Assembly: GCA_035297625.1 (NCBI GenBank)
Contig: DATGYU010000316.1
Coordinates: 1-61,886 of the forward strand
Source: Prolixibacteraceae bacterium
Lineage (GTDB): Bacteria > Bacteroidota > Bacteroidia > Bacteroidales > Prolixibacteraceae
DNA: 61,886 bases
Direction of reading: 5' to 3'
Positions 38,571 to 47,238 of this stretch are shown here, piece by piece; position 1 is the stretch's first letter; each line of letters starts with the position of its first letter. Under the pieces are notes generated by a model, which was given only the letters and a program-made list of their open reading frames with translations, did no database searches and was not told where the DNA came from. A program made the translations under genes and the position numbers.

Positions 38571-38607
38571 AAAAGGATCTTTCCCTCAGGGGGAAGATCC
38601 TTTTTTT
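38571..38607 (+). terminator. Intrinsic terminator
   Basis: GGATCTTTCCC / GGGGAAGATCC stem followed by T7. Confidence 0.85.
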
Positions 38608-38690
38608 ATGCCATATCCTAAAAGCCAATCAGATTTACCTGTCAAAAGTCCAATAAATGCAATAATACATCCTCTCTTAAAATCCTAACA

Positions 38691-38895
38691 ATATGGGAAT
38701 GCTTCAGTAATGCTTCTAACCTTCTTCAAACCAAGTTCAAATATAATTCGAATATAATACAAATTAAATTCGAATATAATACATATATTATTCGAACATT
38801 TACGTATTATATATGTATTATATTCGAATTATATATGTATTATAACTGAAAATGGTTAGAAGGGAATTAGAAGAAGGTTAGAAGCAAACCCATAT
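38691..38895. repeat. About 200-bp nested palindrome built from 11-bp units
   Basis: Outer TGCTTCTAACCTTCTT / AAGAAGGTTAGAAGCA; inner 21-bp AATTCGAATATAATACATATA and its reverse complement; ATATAATTCGA / ATATAATACAT units. Confidence 0.8.
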
Positions 38896-39050
38896 GTCCA
38901 TAGGCTTTCATAAATGATTCAGATGAGGACGGGCATAATCCAATTCTAATTTATTTTCATAATATTATGAAGGAATAATGGTTATTTTACTAATTTACTA
39001 TTGTTCTGTTTGATAGGTTCTTACAACTAGCCATTGTTGCATTTATAATC

Positions 39051-39071
39051 ATTGTATATGTTTTATACAAT
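39051..39071. promoter_or_regulatory. Palindromic operator TGT-N11-ACA (candidate enhancer-binding-protein site)
   Basis: ATTGTATA-TGTTT-TATACAAT; related sites at 39122-39138 and 44080-44096. Confidence 0.5.
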
Positions 39072-39121
39072 TGGCTTATTTCCCTGTATGCTAATTAATT
39101 ACAGGATATCTGAATAAATAC

Positions 39122-39138
39122 TGTATATTTTTTCAACA
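39122..39138. promoter_or_regulatory. TGT-N11-ACA operator, second copy
   Basis: TGTATATTTTTTCAACA, about 75 bp upstream of the -24 box. Confidence 0.45.
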
Positions 39139-39213
39139 TTTATACGTTTTATATATTTTGTTCAATTTATTTTAATTAATTGTTATACTGATAGTTAATT
39201 TCATTTAAAAAGA

Positions 39214-39234
39214 TTGGCATTGTAATTGAAATAA
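39214..39234 (+). promoter_or_regulatory. Sigma54-type -24/-12 promoter (TTGGCATTGTAATTGAAATAA)
   Basis: TGGCA..TTG with canonical spacing; the locus encodes a GAFTGA activator. Confidence 0.65.
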
Positions 39235-39308
39235 ACAATTCGACTTTCATATTTTAATTGGAAGCAAGGATTGGAAATATTAAAAGTTCAATTATAAATA
39301 CCTCTATC

Positions 39309-41015
39309 ATGAAAAACATTTCAGTAATCATCGCAGGGCTGTCTCTCTTTATTTTTAGTTTGACGGGTATGTGCAATACCACCCATGACAGTCCAACCGC
39401 AGTTCAAAAGCAGGCTACTGCAGCCAATGCCGTTAACCTGGCAAGTTCAACGGAATTGAGCAGCCTTGCCAACAGCTGGGCCAATGAATTTGGAAAATTA
39501 AACCCGGGGGTCAGTGTTCAGGTAAGTGATTTGAATAGCCAGCCGGCAGGCACCGGCCAGATTAATCTTGTTACTGATGACAATCTCCCGGAAGGCAATG
39601 ATCAGTCGTGGAAAATGGTGGTCGCCCGTGATGCCATCGTTTTTATTATCAATGCCAATAACCCCATGGTGAAGGAAATCAATTTACAGGGCATCACGGC
39701 TGATGAATTAGCTACATTAATTTCTAATCCTGCCAACAGGAACTGGGATAAAGTGATTGCCAACGCGCAAAGTGCCCCTGTCACTGTTTACAGCATTGAT
39801 TCGAACCCGGTAAAGGAAAATGTTGCAGATTTTACCGGCCTTGTATTATCTTCTTTCAATGTAAACACAGCAACTACTGCCGGAGAAATCATTTCAGCAG
39901 TACAAAAAGACCAATTCGCCATTGGAATTTGCAAATTAACCGATGTTCGTGACGAAAGCACCAATGAATTAGTTCAGGGGATCAAACTGCTTCCGGTGGA
40001 TAAGAATAAAAACGGACGACTGGACAGCTTTGAAAATATCTATGCCAACATGAATGCCTTTACAAGAGGGGCATGGGTTGGTAAATATCCTCATGCTTTG
40101 TGCACCGGCATTTATGCGGTAGCTGCTTCTCAGCCTACTGATAAAAATACCCTTTCTTTCCTCTCCTGGGTTACTACCGATGGTCAGAAACTGCTTAACA
40201 AAAGTGGATACAGTGATTTGATGAGTGCAGAAATAGCTGCAAATATGGCCCTTCTTTCAGGTAAAGCAAATGAACCCATCACCAACACGGTAGCTCTGGC
40301 TGAAAATAAGCCTTTCCTGTCAAATGTATGGATGGTGGCTATTCTTATCATTGCAATTTCAGTTCTGGTGGTTGCAGCTGTTTTAAGATATGGAAAAAAA
40401 CAAAACTGGAACAATGCTGAGAGCGAACTAAAAGCTTCTCCCGTATTGAAAGAGGATGCCATTGTTGCCCCCAGGGGACTGTATTTTGACAAAACCCACA
40501 CCTGGGCATTCATGGAAAAAGACGGCAATGTAAAGGTGGGAATTGATGATTTTCTTCAGCATGTAACCGGCACGCTAACCCGGGTAATCATGAAAAATAC
40601 GGGTGAAAAAATCAGAAAAGGAGACAAGATCCTGACCATCGTAAAGGATGGAAAACAGTTAAGCGTTTATGCTCCTATTTCAGGAACCATTATTCAGCAA
40701 AACACTTCTTTGGTGGCAGATTCGTCACTTGTTAACAGTTCTCCCTATGCTGACGGATGGGTATACCTGATTGAGCCCAACAATTGGGTGCGTGAGATGC
40801 GGTTTTTATTCATGGGAGAGAAATATTCAGAATGGATAGAAGATGAATTTATCCGCCTGAAAGATTTCTTTGCTTCCTCCCTGAAGGCAAAAAACCCGGC
40901 TTTTGCCCACGTAATCCTGCAGGATGGCGGAGAACTTGCCGACAATATACTGGCAGACCTGGAACCGGAAGTTTGGGAAGATTTCCAGAATAAGTTTATC
41001 AATACTTCAAGATAA
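39309..41015 (+). CDS. Fusion of a PstS-like periplasmic binding domain, a TM helix and a cytoplasmic GcvH-like domain
   Basis: Signal peptide; PBP-like motifs (VARDAIVFIIN..NP, AIG, FLSWVTTDGQ); TM VWMVAILIIAISVLVVAAVL; HTWA...VGIDDF...YAPISG...SPY.DGW. ATG at 39309 preferred to TTG at 39258. Confidence 0.8.
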   Translation: MKNISVIIAGLSLFIFSLTGMCNTTHDSPTAVQKQATAANAVNLASSTELSSLANSWANEFGKLNPGVSVQVSDLNSQPAGTGQINLVTDDNLPEGNDQSWKMVVARDAIVFIINANNPMVKEINLQGITADELATLISNPANRNWDKVIANAQSAPVTVYSIDSNPVKENVADFTGLVLSSFNVNTATTAGEIISAVQKDQFAIGICKLTDVRDESTNELVQGIKLLPVDKNKNGRLDSFENIYANMNAFTRGAWVGKYPHALCTGIYAVAASQPTDKNTLSFLSWVTTDGQKLLNKSGYSDLMSAEIAANMALLSGKANEPITNTVALAENKPFLSNVWMVAILIIAISVLVVAAVLRYGKKQNWNNAESELKASPVLKEDAIVAPRGLYFDKTHTWAFMEKDGNVKVGIDDFLQHVTGTLTRVIMKNTGEKIRKGDKILTIVKDGKQLSVYAPISGTIIQQNTSLVADSSLVNSSPYADGWVYLIEPNNWVREMRFLFMGEKYSEWIEDEFIRLKDFFASSLKAKNPAFAHVILQDGGELADNILADLEPEVWEDFQNKFINTSR

Positions 41016-41057
41016 AATCAAATTAAACATACAGACTAAAACCCAAAAACCAATATT

Positions 41058-41924
41058 ATGAGCATAGATCGGCGAATATTTTTCAAGACGGCTGCATTAA
41101 TAGGGGCTTCCCTGACATTGGGGAAGTCATTTGGAGCCAGCGCCCCTGAAGGAGGTGAAGTAGAATTTCGAGGGATGCTTTATGATTCCACGCGCTGTGC
41201 GGGATGCCAGGAATGCGAGAAAGTGTGTGCTAAAGCCCATGGACTTCCTGAACCTACCGAAACCCCGGAAGCCGGAAAAATCAGAAAGACCAGCGATACC
41301 CGCAGGAGCGTTATCAACGCGTTCACCACTCCAAACGGGGAAGTTTATATGAAAAACCAGTGTATGCATTGCAATGAGCCGGCCTGCGCGGCGGCTTGTC
41401 TGACCGAAGCGATGCATAAAACCAAAGAAGGACCGGTGATCTGGAGGGGCGAAAAATGCATGGGGTGCCGTTATTGTATGGTATCCTGTCCGTTTGATAT
41501 ACCCAAATTTGAATATTTCAGCACCAATCCAAAGATACAAAAGTGTGATCTGTGTTACGACCGCCTGATGGAAGGGAAGATCCCTGTATGCGCGGAAAAC
41601 TGTCCTGCTGAGGCATTGAAATTTGGCACCCGCAGGGAATTGATCGCAGAGGCCCGTAAAAGAATTGCTGAAAACCCGGGCGTTTATGTCGATGAGATCT
41701 ATGGCGAAAATGTGGCCGGTGGCACAGGTTTCCTGTACCTTGCCGGGGCTCCCTTTAAAGATTTAGGGATGAACACCAGTCTTCAGAACTCGTCCTATCC
41801 CGAGCTGACAAAGGGATTCCTGTACAGCGTTCCAAGTGTGGATGTACTACTGCCTCCTTTGCTGCTGGGAATATATGCCGCCACTAAAAATAACCATTTA
41901 AAAGACGAAGAAGACCATGACTAG
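41058..41924 (+). CDS. Tat-exported four-[4Fe-4S] protein (HybA/HmcB/NrfC family)
   Basis: DRRIFFK twin-arginine signal; CAGCQEC, CMHCNEPAC, CMGCRYC and CDLC..CAENC motifs; hydrophobic C-tail. Confidence 0.88.
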   Translation: MSIDRRIFFKTAALIGASLTLGKSFGASAPEGGEVEFRGMLYDSTRCAGCQECEKVCAKAHGLPEPTETPEAGKIRKTSDTRRSVINAFTTPNGEVYMKNQCMHCNEPACAAACLTEAMHKTKEGPVIWRGEKCMGCRYCMVSCPFDIPKFEYFSTNPKIQKCDLCYDRLMEGKIPVCAENCPAEALKFGTRRELIAEARKRIAENPGVYVDEIYGENVAGGTGFLYLAGAPFKDLGMNTSLQNSSYPELTKGFLYSVPSVDVLLPPLLLGIYAATKNNHLKDEEDHD

Positions 41925-43140
41925 CCAGACATTTCCCATAGATAAAGAAAACGAAGGAAGATCGATCCTTAAGTTTCTGGTGGCAGAATTAAAGCCAAAA
42001 GGCAAGCTGCTCACCCCGTTCAATATTATTTCATTACCTATCATCCTTTTGGGCATAGGATTGATTGTATTGCGCTACTGGCATGGTCTGGGCGCAGTGA
42101 CCAACCTGTCGCAGGAAGTACCCTGGGGCATCTGGATCGGGTTTGATGTGGTAACCGGAGTGGCTTTTGCCGGGGGGGCCTACGTGGTCACTTTCATGGT
42201 TTACATCCTAAACATGCGAAAATACCATTCCATTGTGAGGGTGACCGTGCTAAACGGATTTCTGGCCTATGCATTTTATACTGGCGCCCTGTTACTCGAC
42301 CTTGGAAGACCTTGGAACGTGGTTAACCCGATCATAGGGAATAATTTTGGGGCCAGTTCTGTACTTTTCCTGGTAGCCTGGCACTTTCTGTTGTACATGC
42401 TGGCCGAGCTGATTGAATTCTCTCCTGCCATTGCCGAGTGGCTTGGTTCAAAAAAGGCAAAAAGGATTCTATCAGGAATGACAATTGGGGCGGTAATTTT
42501 TGGCATCACCCTATCCTCCTTGCATCAATCGGGCCTGGGCGCCCTGTATTTGATGGCAAAAGATAAGATCCATCCGCTGTGGTACTCTGAATTTATCCCA
42601 ATTCTGTTCTTTGTCTCCAGCATATTTGCAGGCCTGTCGATGGTCATCTTTGAAGGCTCGATCAGCAGTAAAGTGTTCTCGGAACAGATAACAGAAAAGA
42701 CACACAAGTCGCACAACACCATCGTACACAGTTTGTCTAAAGTATGTGCAGTTACAATGTTTGCCTATTTCTTTTTGCAATTCCTGGTATTTATCCATGC
42801 CAAGCGCTGGGATTTGATCAATACTCCTATGGGCTACTGGTTTTTGGTAGAAATGATTGGTTTTGTATTTATTCCGATGGTCATGTTCTTTTACAGCTAT
42901 CGCACGGCCAATATTTTGATGATTCGCATTGCTGCCATCCTGACCATGATCGGGATCATATTAAACAGGTTAAACGTATCGGTAATCGCTTTCCGGTGGG
43001 ATGCCGCGGTTCATTATGTGCCTACCTGGATGGAGGTAGTGGTAACACTGGCGGTAATATTTACGGAAGTATGGGTTTTCAGGTGGGTAATCAACCGTAT
43101 GCCTGTACTTCGTGAATCACCTGAATGGGCAAAAGATTGA
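41917..43140 (+). CDS. NrfD/PsrC-family membrane quinone-interacting subunit (HybB/HmcC-like)
   Basis: PWGIWIGFDV, DLGRPW, LHQSGLG, HPLW; about 10 TM segments; overlaps the upstream gene by 8 bp. Confidence 0.88.
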   Translation: MTSQTFPIDKENEGRSILKFLVAELKPKGKLLTPFNIISLPIILLGIGLIVLRYWHGLGAVTNLSQEVPWGIWIGFDVVTGVAFAGGAYVVTFMVYILNMRKYHSIVRVTVLNGFLAYAFYTGALLLDLGRPWNVVNPIIGNNFGASSVLFLVAWHFLLYMLAELIEFSPAIAEWLGSKKAKRILSGMTIGAVIFGITLSSLHQSGLGALYLMAKDKIHPLWYSEFIPILFFVSSIFAGLSMVIFEGSISSKVFSEQITEKTHKSHNTIVHSLSKVCAVTMFAYFFLQFLVFIHAKRWDLINTPMGYWFLVEMIGFVFIPMVMFFYSYRTANILMIRIAAILTMIGIILNRLNVSVIAFRWDAAVHYVPTWMEVVVTLAVIFTEVWVFRWVINRMPVLRESPEWAKD

Positions 43141-43189
43141 AAAAATAAATTAATCAGTTGTCTGCAAAGGCAATTAAAAACTATATACA

Positions 43190-43963
43190 ATGGAAGGATT
43201 TACTTATCACAATATATTCGAAACCAAAGCGCTCGAATATTTGGCCATCGTCTTTTTCTTTATTATTCTGATTCCTTTTTGGCTACTTTTAAACAAGAAA
43301 GTAAGCCTTTCAAAAGAGGTTGAAAAGTTAGCCACTTTAACGGCAGGTGCGCTACAAATCCCTCAGGGATTGTTCTTCAGCAAATATCATACCTGGGCCC
43401 ACCTGGAAAGATCGGGTGTTGCACAGGTGGGAATGGATGATTTACTGATGCACCTGACCGGCGCAGTAACCTTCACCCGGGTTAAAGCTACGGGGGAAAA
43501 AATAAGAAAAGGAGATTTAATGGCAGAGATTTCACACAAAGGGAAACGGTTAAGGATTTATTCTCCCATATCGGGTGAGATCATGGAAGCCAATTCTGTT
43601 TTATCCCACAGCCCAGAGCTGTTAAATGAAGATCCGTATGTAAAGGGATGGATGTATAAAATAAAACCCAGCAGCTGGCTGGCCGATACCAATACTTGTT
43701 TTGTAGCAGAAGATGCCACCACATGGGCCATGCAGGAACTGGAAAGATTTAAAGACTTTTTGTCGGTATCATTGGGCAAATACTCCCCCCAGCCTTCTCA
43801 TGTGATCCTGCAGGATGGAGGAGAACTTTGTGACCAGCCGCTTTCGGATCTACCAGAGGAAGTTTGGCAGGATTTCCAGGAGGATTTCCTGAACAAGAAA
43901 ACCTTAAAGCTAAAGAAGAACTGTTTTTTGGAACAGAAAGCAAGTGAGGATGAACATTCATAG
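43190..43963 (+). CDS. Membrane-anchored GcvH-like protein
   Basis: N-terminal TM (IFETKALEYLAIVFFFIIL); HTWA..VGMDD..YSPISG..DPY.KGW; C-terminal LQDGGEL extension. Confidence 0.82.
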   Translation: MEGFTYHNIFETKALEYLAIVFFFIILIPFWLLLNKKVSLSKEVEKLATLTAGALQIPQGLFFSKYHTWAHLERSGVAQVGMDDLLMHLTGAVTFTRVKATGEKIRKGDLMAEISHKGKRLRIYSPISGEIMEANSVLSHSPELLNEDPYVKGWMYKIKPSSWLADTNTCFVAEDATTWAMQELERFKDFLSVSLGKYSPQPSHVILQDGGELCDQPLSDLPEEVWQDFQEDFLNKKTLKLKKNCFLEQKASEDEHS

Positions 43964-44015
43964 TCTGAATTACTATTGCTCATAAATGCAATAATTAATT
44001 GATTAAACAGCACTT

Positions 44016-44053
44016 ACAGCAAAGCGATATTGTCGGTATCGCTTTTGCTGTTT
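44016..44053 (+). terminator. Probable intrinsic terminator after the four-gene operon
   Basis: ACAGCAAAGCGATA / TATCGCTTTTGCTGT stem with a short T run. Confidence 0.6.
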
Positions 44054-44079
44054 GTCCAAAGTGATGACAACAGGCAATG

Positions 44080-44096
44080 TGTTGAATTATTTTACA
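44080..44096. promoter_or_regulatory. TGT-N11-ACA operator upstream of the two-component genes
   Basis: TGTTGAATTATTTTACA closely resembles the reverse complement of 39122-39138 (TGTTGAAAAAATATACA). Confidence 0.45.
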
Positions 44097-44159
44097 AATA
44101 AATTAGGATAGTCTTCCTGTTTTTCATATTTTGCTATTAAATTAGCATTCAGTTAATGA

Positions 44160-45845
44160 ATGAATAACACCTCTATGAGCTGGTTCGGTAACATTGCAGT
44201 AAAGAATAGTGTTGGAAGTCCTTTTGTGAAAGGGTATGTAAAATTCAGGTCTTCGATATATGGAAGAGTAATATTTATTATTGCTGTTTCCTCACTGTTT
44301 CTTTTTATCTCCTTTGGGGTGATATTCAGATCGGTAAATGAAGAATACATGAAGTCGGTGATCAGCCAAAATGGTAATAACATCGGTTTTTTGGTGGAAG
44401 GGGCATTGTACCGTTCCATGTTGGAGAACGACCGTACATCGCTACAAAGTACCCTTGATATCATCAACCAGATGTCAGGCATTGATGATGTCAACATGTA
44501 TGACAATCAAAATAATTTGGTGTATACCTCCATTTCTACAGACACGATCAATCACAGCAACCCGGATTGCAAAAGCTGCCATGCCAATTTTGCCTCCATG
44601 TTTTCGGCCAAAGAGCGGTCTTACCGCATAATTGATGCCGACAGTGAATGCATCATGAATCCAAACCACAATGGCAGCAGGCACCTGCTGATTAAATCGC
44701 CCATATTAAACGACAAATCCTGCTATACGAGCGCCTGCCATGCTCACAGTCCCAATGAAGAAGTACTGGGCTCTTTGATCATTAAAATGCCTCTTCAAGG
44801 GCTGGATAATGCCTTAAAGAAATCGACAAGAGACTATACCCTTCTTGCCGCGCTGATGACTTTCATCCTGATGCTTTTCCTGATATTTTTCACCAATAAA
44901 AAGATAAAAAAACCACTCAATGCCATTATCAAGGCCAGCGAATCGGTGGCCGGAGGAGATACCAGCACAAGGCTTGAAATAAAGCCCAATCAGCTTTCGG
45001 ACATGCGAATGGTATCCTATGCCTTTAACGGGATGTTGGATAATTTACAGACAGCCAACATGGAGCTGCAGAACTGGTCTCAGCAACTGGAATACAAAGT
45101 GCAGAAAAAGTCAGAAGAGTTGGGACAGGCACAAAATGAACTGATCAACATTGAAAGAATCGCCTCTCTTGGTAAGCTTTCCTTGTCAGTGGCACATGAG
45201 ATCAACAACCCCTTGTCGGGGATATTGATTTATACAAAATTGATTTACAAGCAGCTAAGCAACCAGGAAATCGACCCGGCAAAGAAAGAGCCGATGCTTA
45301 AACACCTCAGGCTCATTGAAAGTGAAACCAAGCGATGTGGGGATATTGTCAAAGGATTGCTTGATTTTTCCCGTAAAGACCAGAATGGTTTTGAGCCCAA
45401 ACACCTGCATGAAATCCTGCACGATACGGCCGAGCTGATGTCTCACCCCATGAAGGTTGCCAATATTCATTTTATTACTGATTTTACCGCCAAAGCAGAC
45501 CTTATCAATTGCAGTCCCAACCAGGTAAAACAGGTATGCATTGCCATATTGGTCAATGCATCGGAAGCTGTCAGGGAAAATGGCGAAGTGATATTCCGCA
45601 CCCTGAATCCAGACAATGAAAGTATACGCATTGAAATAACAGATAATGGAGTGGGCATTTCACCGGAAGACATTCCCCATATCTTTGAGCCTTTCTTTTC
45701 AACCAAGGAAAAAGAAAGCGGTATAGGATTAGGACTGGCCATCGTACATGGCATTGTTCAAAGTCACAAGGGTAAAACAGAGGTAAAATCACAGCTTGGA
45801 AAAGAAACTACAATATCTATCACCTTCCCTTTGGTAAAGTCTTAA
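44160..45845 (+). CDS. HAMP-domain sensor histidine kinase with periplasmic heme-c motifs
   Basis: Two TMs flanking CKSCH and CYTSACH; HAMP; H-box VAHEINNPL; N/G1/F/G2 boxes. Confidence 0.9.
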   Translation: MNNTSMSWFGNIAVKNSVGSPFVKGYVKFRSSIYGRVIFIIAVSSLFLFISFGVIFRSVNEEYMKSVISQNGNNIGFLVEGALYRSMLENDRTSLQSTLDIINQMSGIDDVNMYDNQNNLVYTSISTDTINHSNPDCKSCHANFASMFSAKERSYRIIDADSECIMNPNHNGSRHLLIKSPILNDKSCYTSACHAHSPNEEVLGSLIIKMPLQGLDNALKKSTRDYTLLAALMTFILMLFLIFFTNKKIKKPLNAIIKASESVAGGDTSTRLEIKPNQLSDMRMVSYAFNGMLDNLQTANMELQNWSQQLEYKVQKKSEELGQAQNELINIERIASLGKLSLSVAHEINNPLSGILIYTKLIYKQLSNQEIDPAKKEPMLKHLRLIESETKRCGDIVKGLLDFSRKDQNGFEPKHLHEILHDTAELMSHPMKVANIHFITDFTAKADLINCSPNQVKQVCIAILVNASEAVRENGEVIFRTLNPDNESIRIEITDNGVGISPEDIPHIFEPFFSTKEKESGIGLGLAIVHGIVQSHKGKTEVKSQLGKETTISITFPLVKS

Positions 45846-45858
45846 AAGGAATACTATT

Positions 45859-47199
45859 ATGGCAAAAAAAATATCCATCTTAATTGTTGATGACGAAGAG
45901 TCTGTAAGGGATTCACTGTTCAACTGGTTTATTGAAGACGGTTACCGAGTTGAATGTGCCGAGAATGCAAAAAAAGCATTGTCCATTTTGGAGTCGGATA
46001 GCTATGATATCATCCTGGCTGATATTAAGATGCCCGGCATGGATGGACTGGAGATGCTTAAACGCATTAAGACCTTAAGGAAAGAATCGATTGTTATTGT
46101 GATGACCGCCTTTGCCACTGTGGACACCGCGGTACAGGCATTAAAGGATGGAGCGTATGACTATGTGACCAAGCCCTTTGACCCGGACGACCTGTCGCAC
46201 CTGATCAGGAATGCTTCCAAACAGATTGCCCTGACAGAAGAGAATGAGATATTAAAAGAGAAGGTGGTTGCACTGGAGAATGTGGAAGACTTAATCGGTA
46301 ACAGCGAGGCCATGCAAAAGGTACTCAAGGAAATTGAAAGTGTAGCCCCTTCGAGTGCCTCGGTTATAATAACCGGTGAAAGCGGCACAGGCAAAGAGCT
46401 GGTGGCAAGAGCGATTCATGCCAATTCCCCGCGAAAGTTCTTTCCCATGGTAAGCGTTCATTGCGGGGCCCTTAGTGAAAGCCTGCTCGAAAGTGAATTG
46501 TTTGGTCATGAGAAAGGCGCCTTCACGGGGGCTGTATATAACCGTAAAGGTAGGTTTGAGATGGCTGACAGCGGAACGATCTTTTTGGATGAAATTGCTA
46601 CCATATCGCCCAAAATGCAGGTAGAACTGTTGCGTGTACTTGAAACCAAAAGCTTTGTACGCGTGGGAGGCAACAAGGAGATCACTTCTGATTTCAGGGT
46701 AATCTGTGCCACCAACAGGGATTTAAAGAGCATGGTGGAAAAAGGACTTTTTCGTGAAGATTTGTTTTATCGCCTGAATGTGGTCAATATCAACGTGCCT
46801 CCCCTAAGAGAGCGCACAGAAGACATTCCTTTGCTGGTAGAGTACTTTATCAAAAAATATTGTACTACGATGAACAGGCCTTTGATATCGATTGACCCAC
46901 CCGCATTACGACGCCTGGAAGAGTTTCCTTTCCCGGGTAATATCCGCGAATTGGAGAATATGATTGAAAGGGCTATTGTTGTTGGAAATGGCAAGAAAAT
47001 TACCATTAAAGACCTGCCTTTGGGAAAGACAATCGTTAAGACCACTGTGGAGAGCCTGGATGATCTGGAAAAGAATCATATCTTCCAGATTCTAAATAAA
47101 TACAACTGGAACATCTCCGCCTCGGCAAAAGCATTAAAAGTTGACAGGGTGACCCTGTACAATAAAATCAGGAAATACGATTTAAAGCCTGCCAAATAA
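45859..47199 (+). CDS. Sigma54-dependent response regulator (NtrC/AtoC family)
   Basis: REC domain (DD, DIKMP), GESGTGKE, GAFTGA, Fis-type HTH. Confidence 0.94.
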   Translation: MAKKISILIVDDEESVRDSLFNWFIEDGYRVECAENAKKALSILESDSYDIILADIKMPGMDGLEMLKRIKTLRKESIVIVMTAFATVDTAVQALKDGAYDYVTKPFDPDDLSHLIRNASKQIALTEENEILKEKVVALENVEDLIGNSEAMQKVLKEIESVAPSSASVIITGESGTGKELVARAIHANSPRKFFPMVSVHCGALSESLLESELFGHEKGAFTGAVYNRKGRFEMADSGTIFLDEIATISPKMQVELLRVLETKSFVRVGGNKEITSDFRVICATNRDLKSMVEKGLFREDLFYRLNVVNINVPPLRERTEDIPLLVEYFIKKYCTTMNRPLISIDPPALRRLEEFPFPGNIRELENMIERAIVVGNGKKITIKDLPLGKTIVKTTVESLDDLEKNHIFQILNKYNWNISASAKALKVDRVTLYNKIRKYDLKPAK

Positions 47200-47238
47200 T
47201 TTCTCAGATTCAGTAAGTATCTTTTAAACCTCTTGTGA

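Noticed and set aside
41058-43140. Calling these hybA/hybB of hydrogenase-2
   Set aside because: No hydrogenase small or large subunit or maturation genes in the window; family-level call only
43190-43963. Calling this gene gcvH, or the locus a glycine cleavage or sHdr-LbpA system
   Set aside because: Membrane anchor, no lipoyl-Lys motif, and no gcvP/T/L, sHdr or lipoate ligase genes nearby
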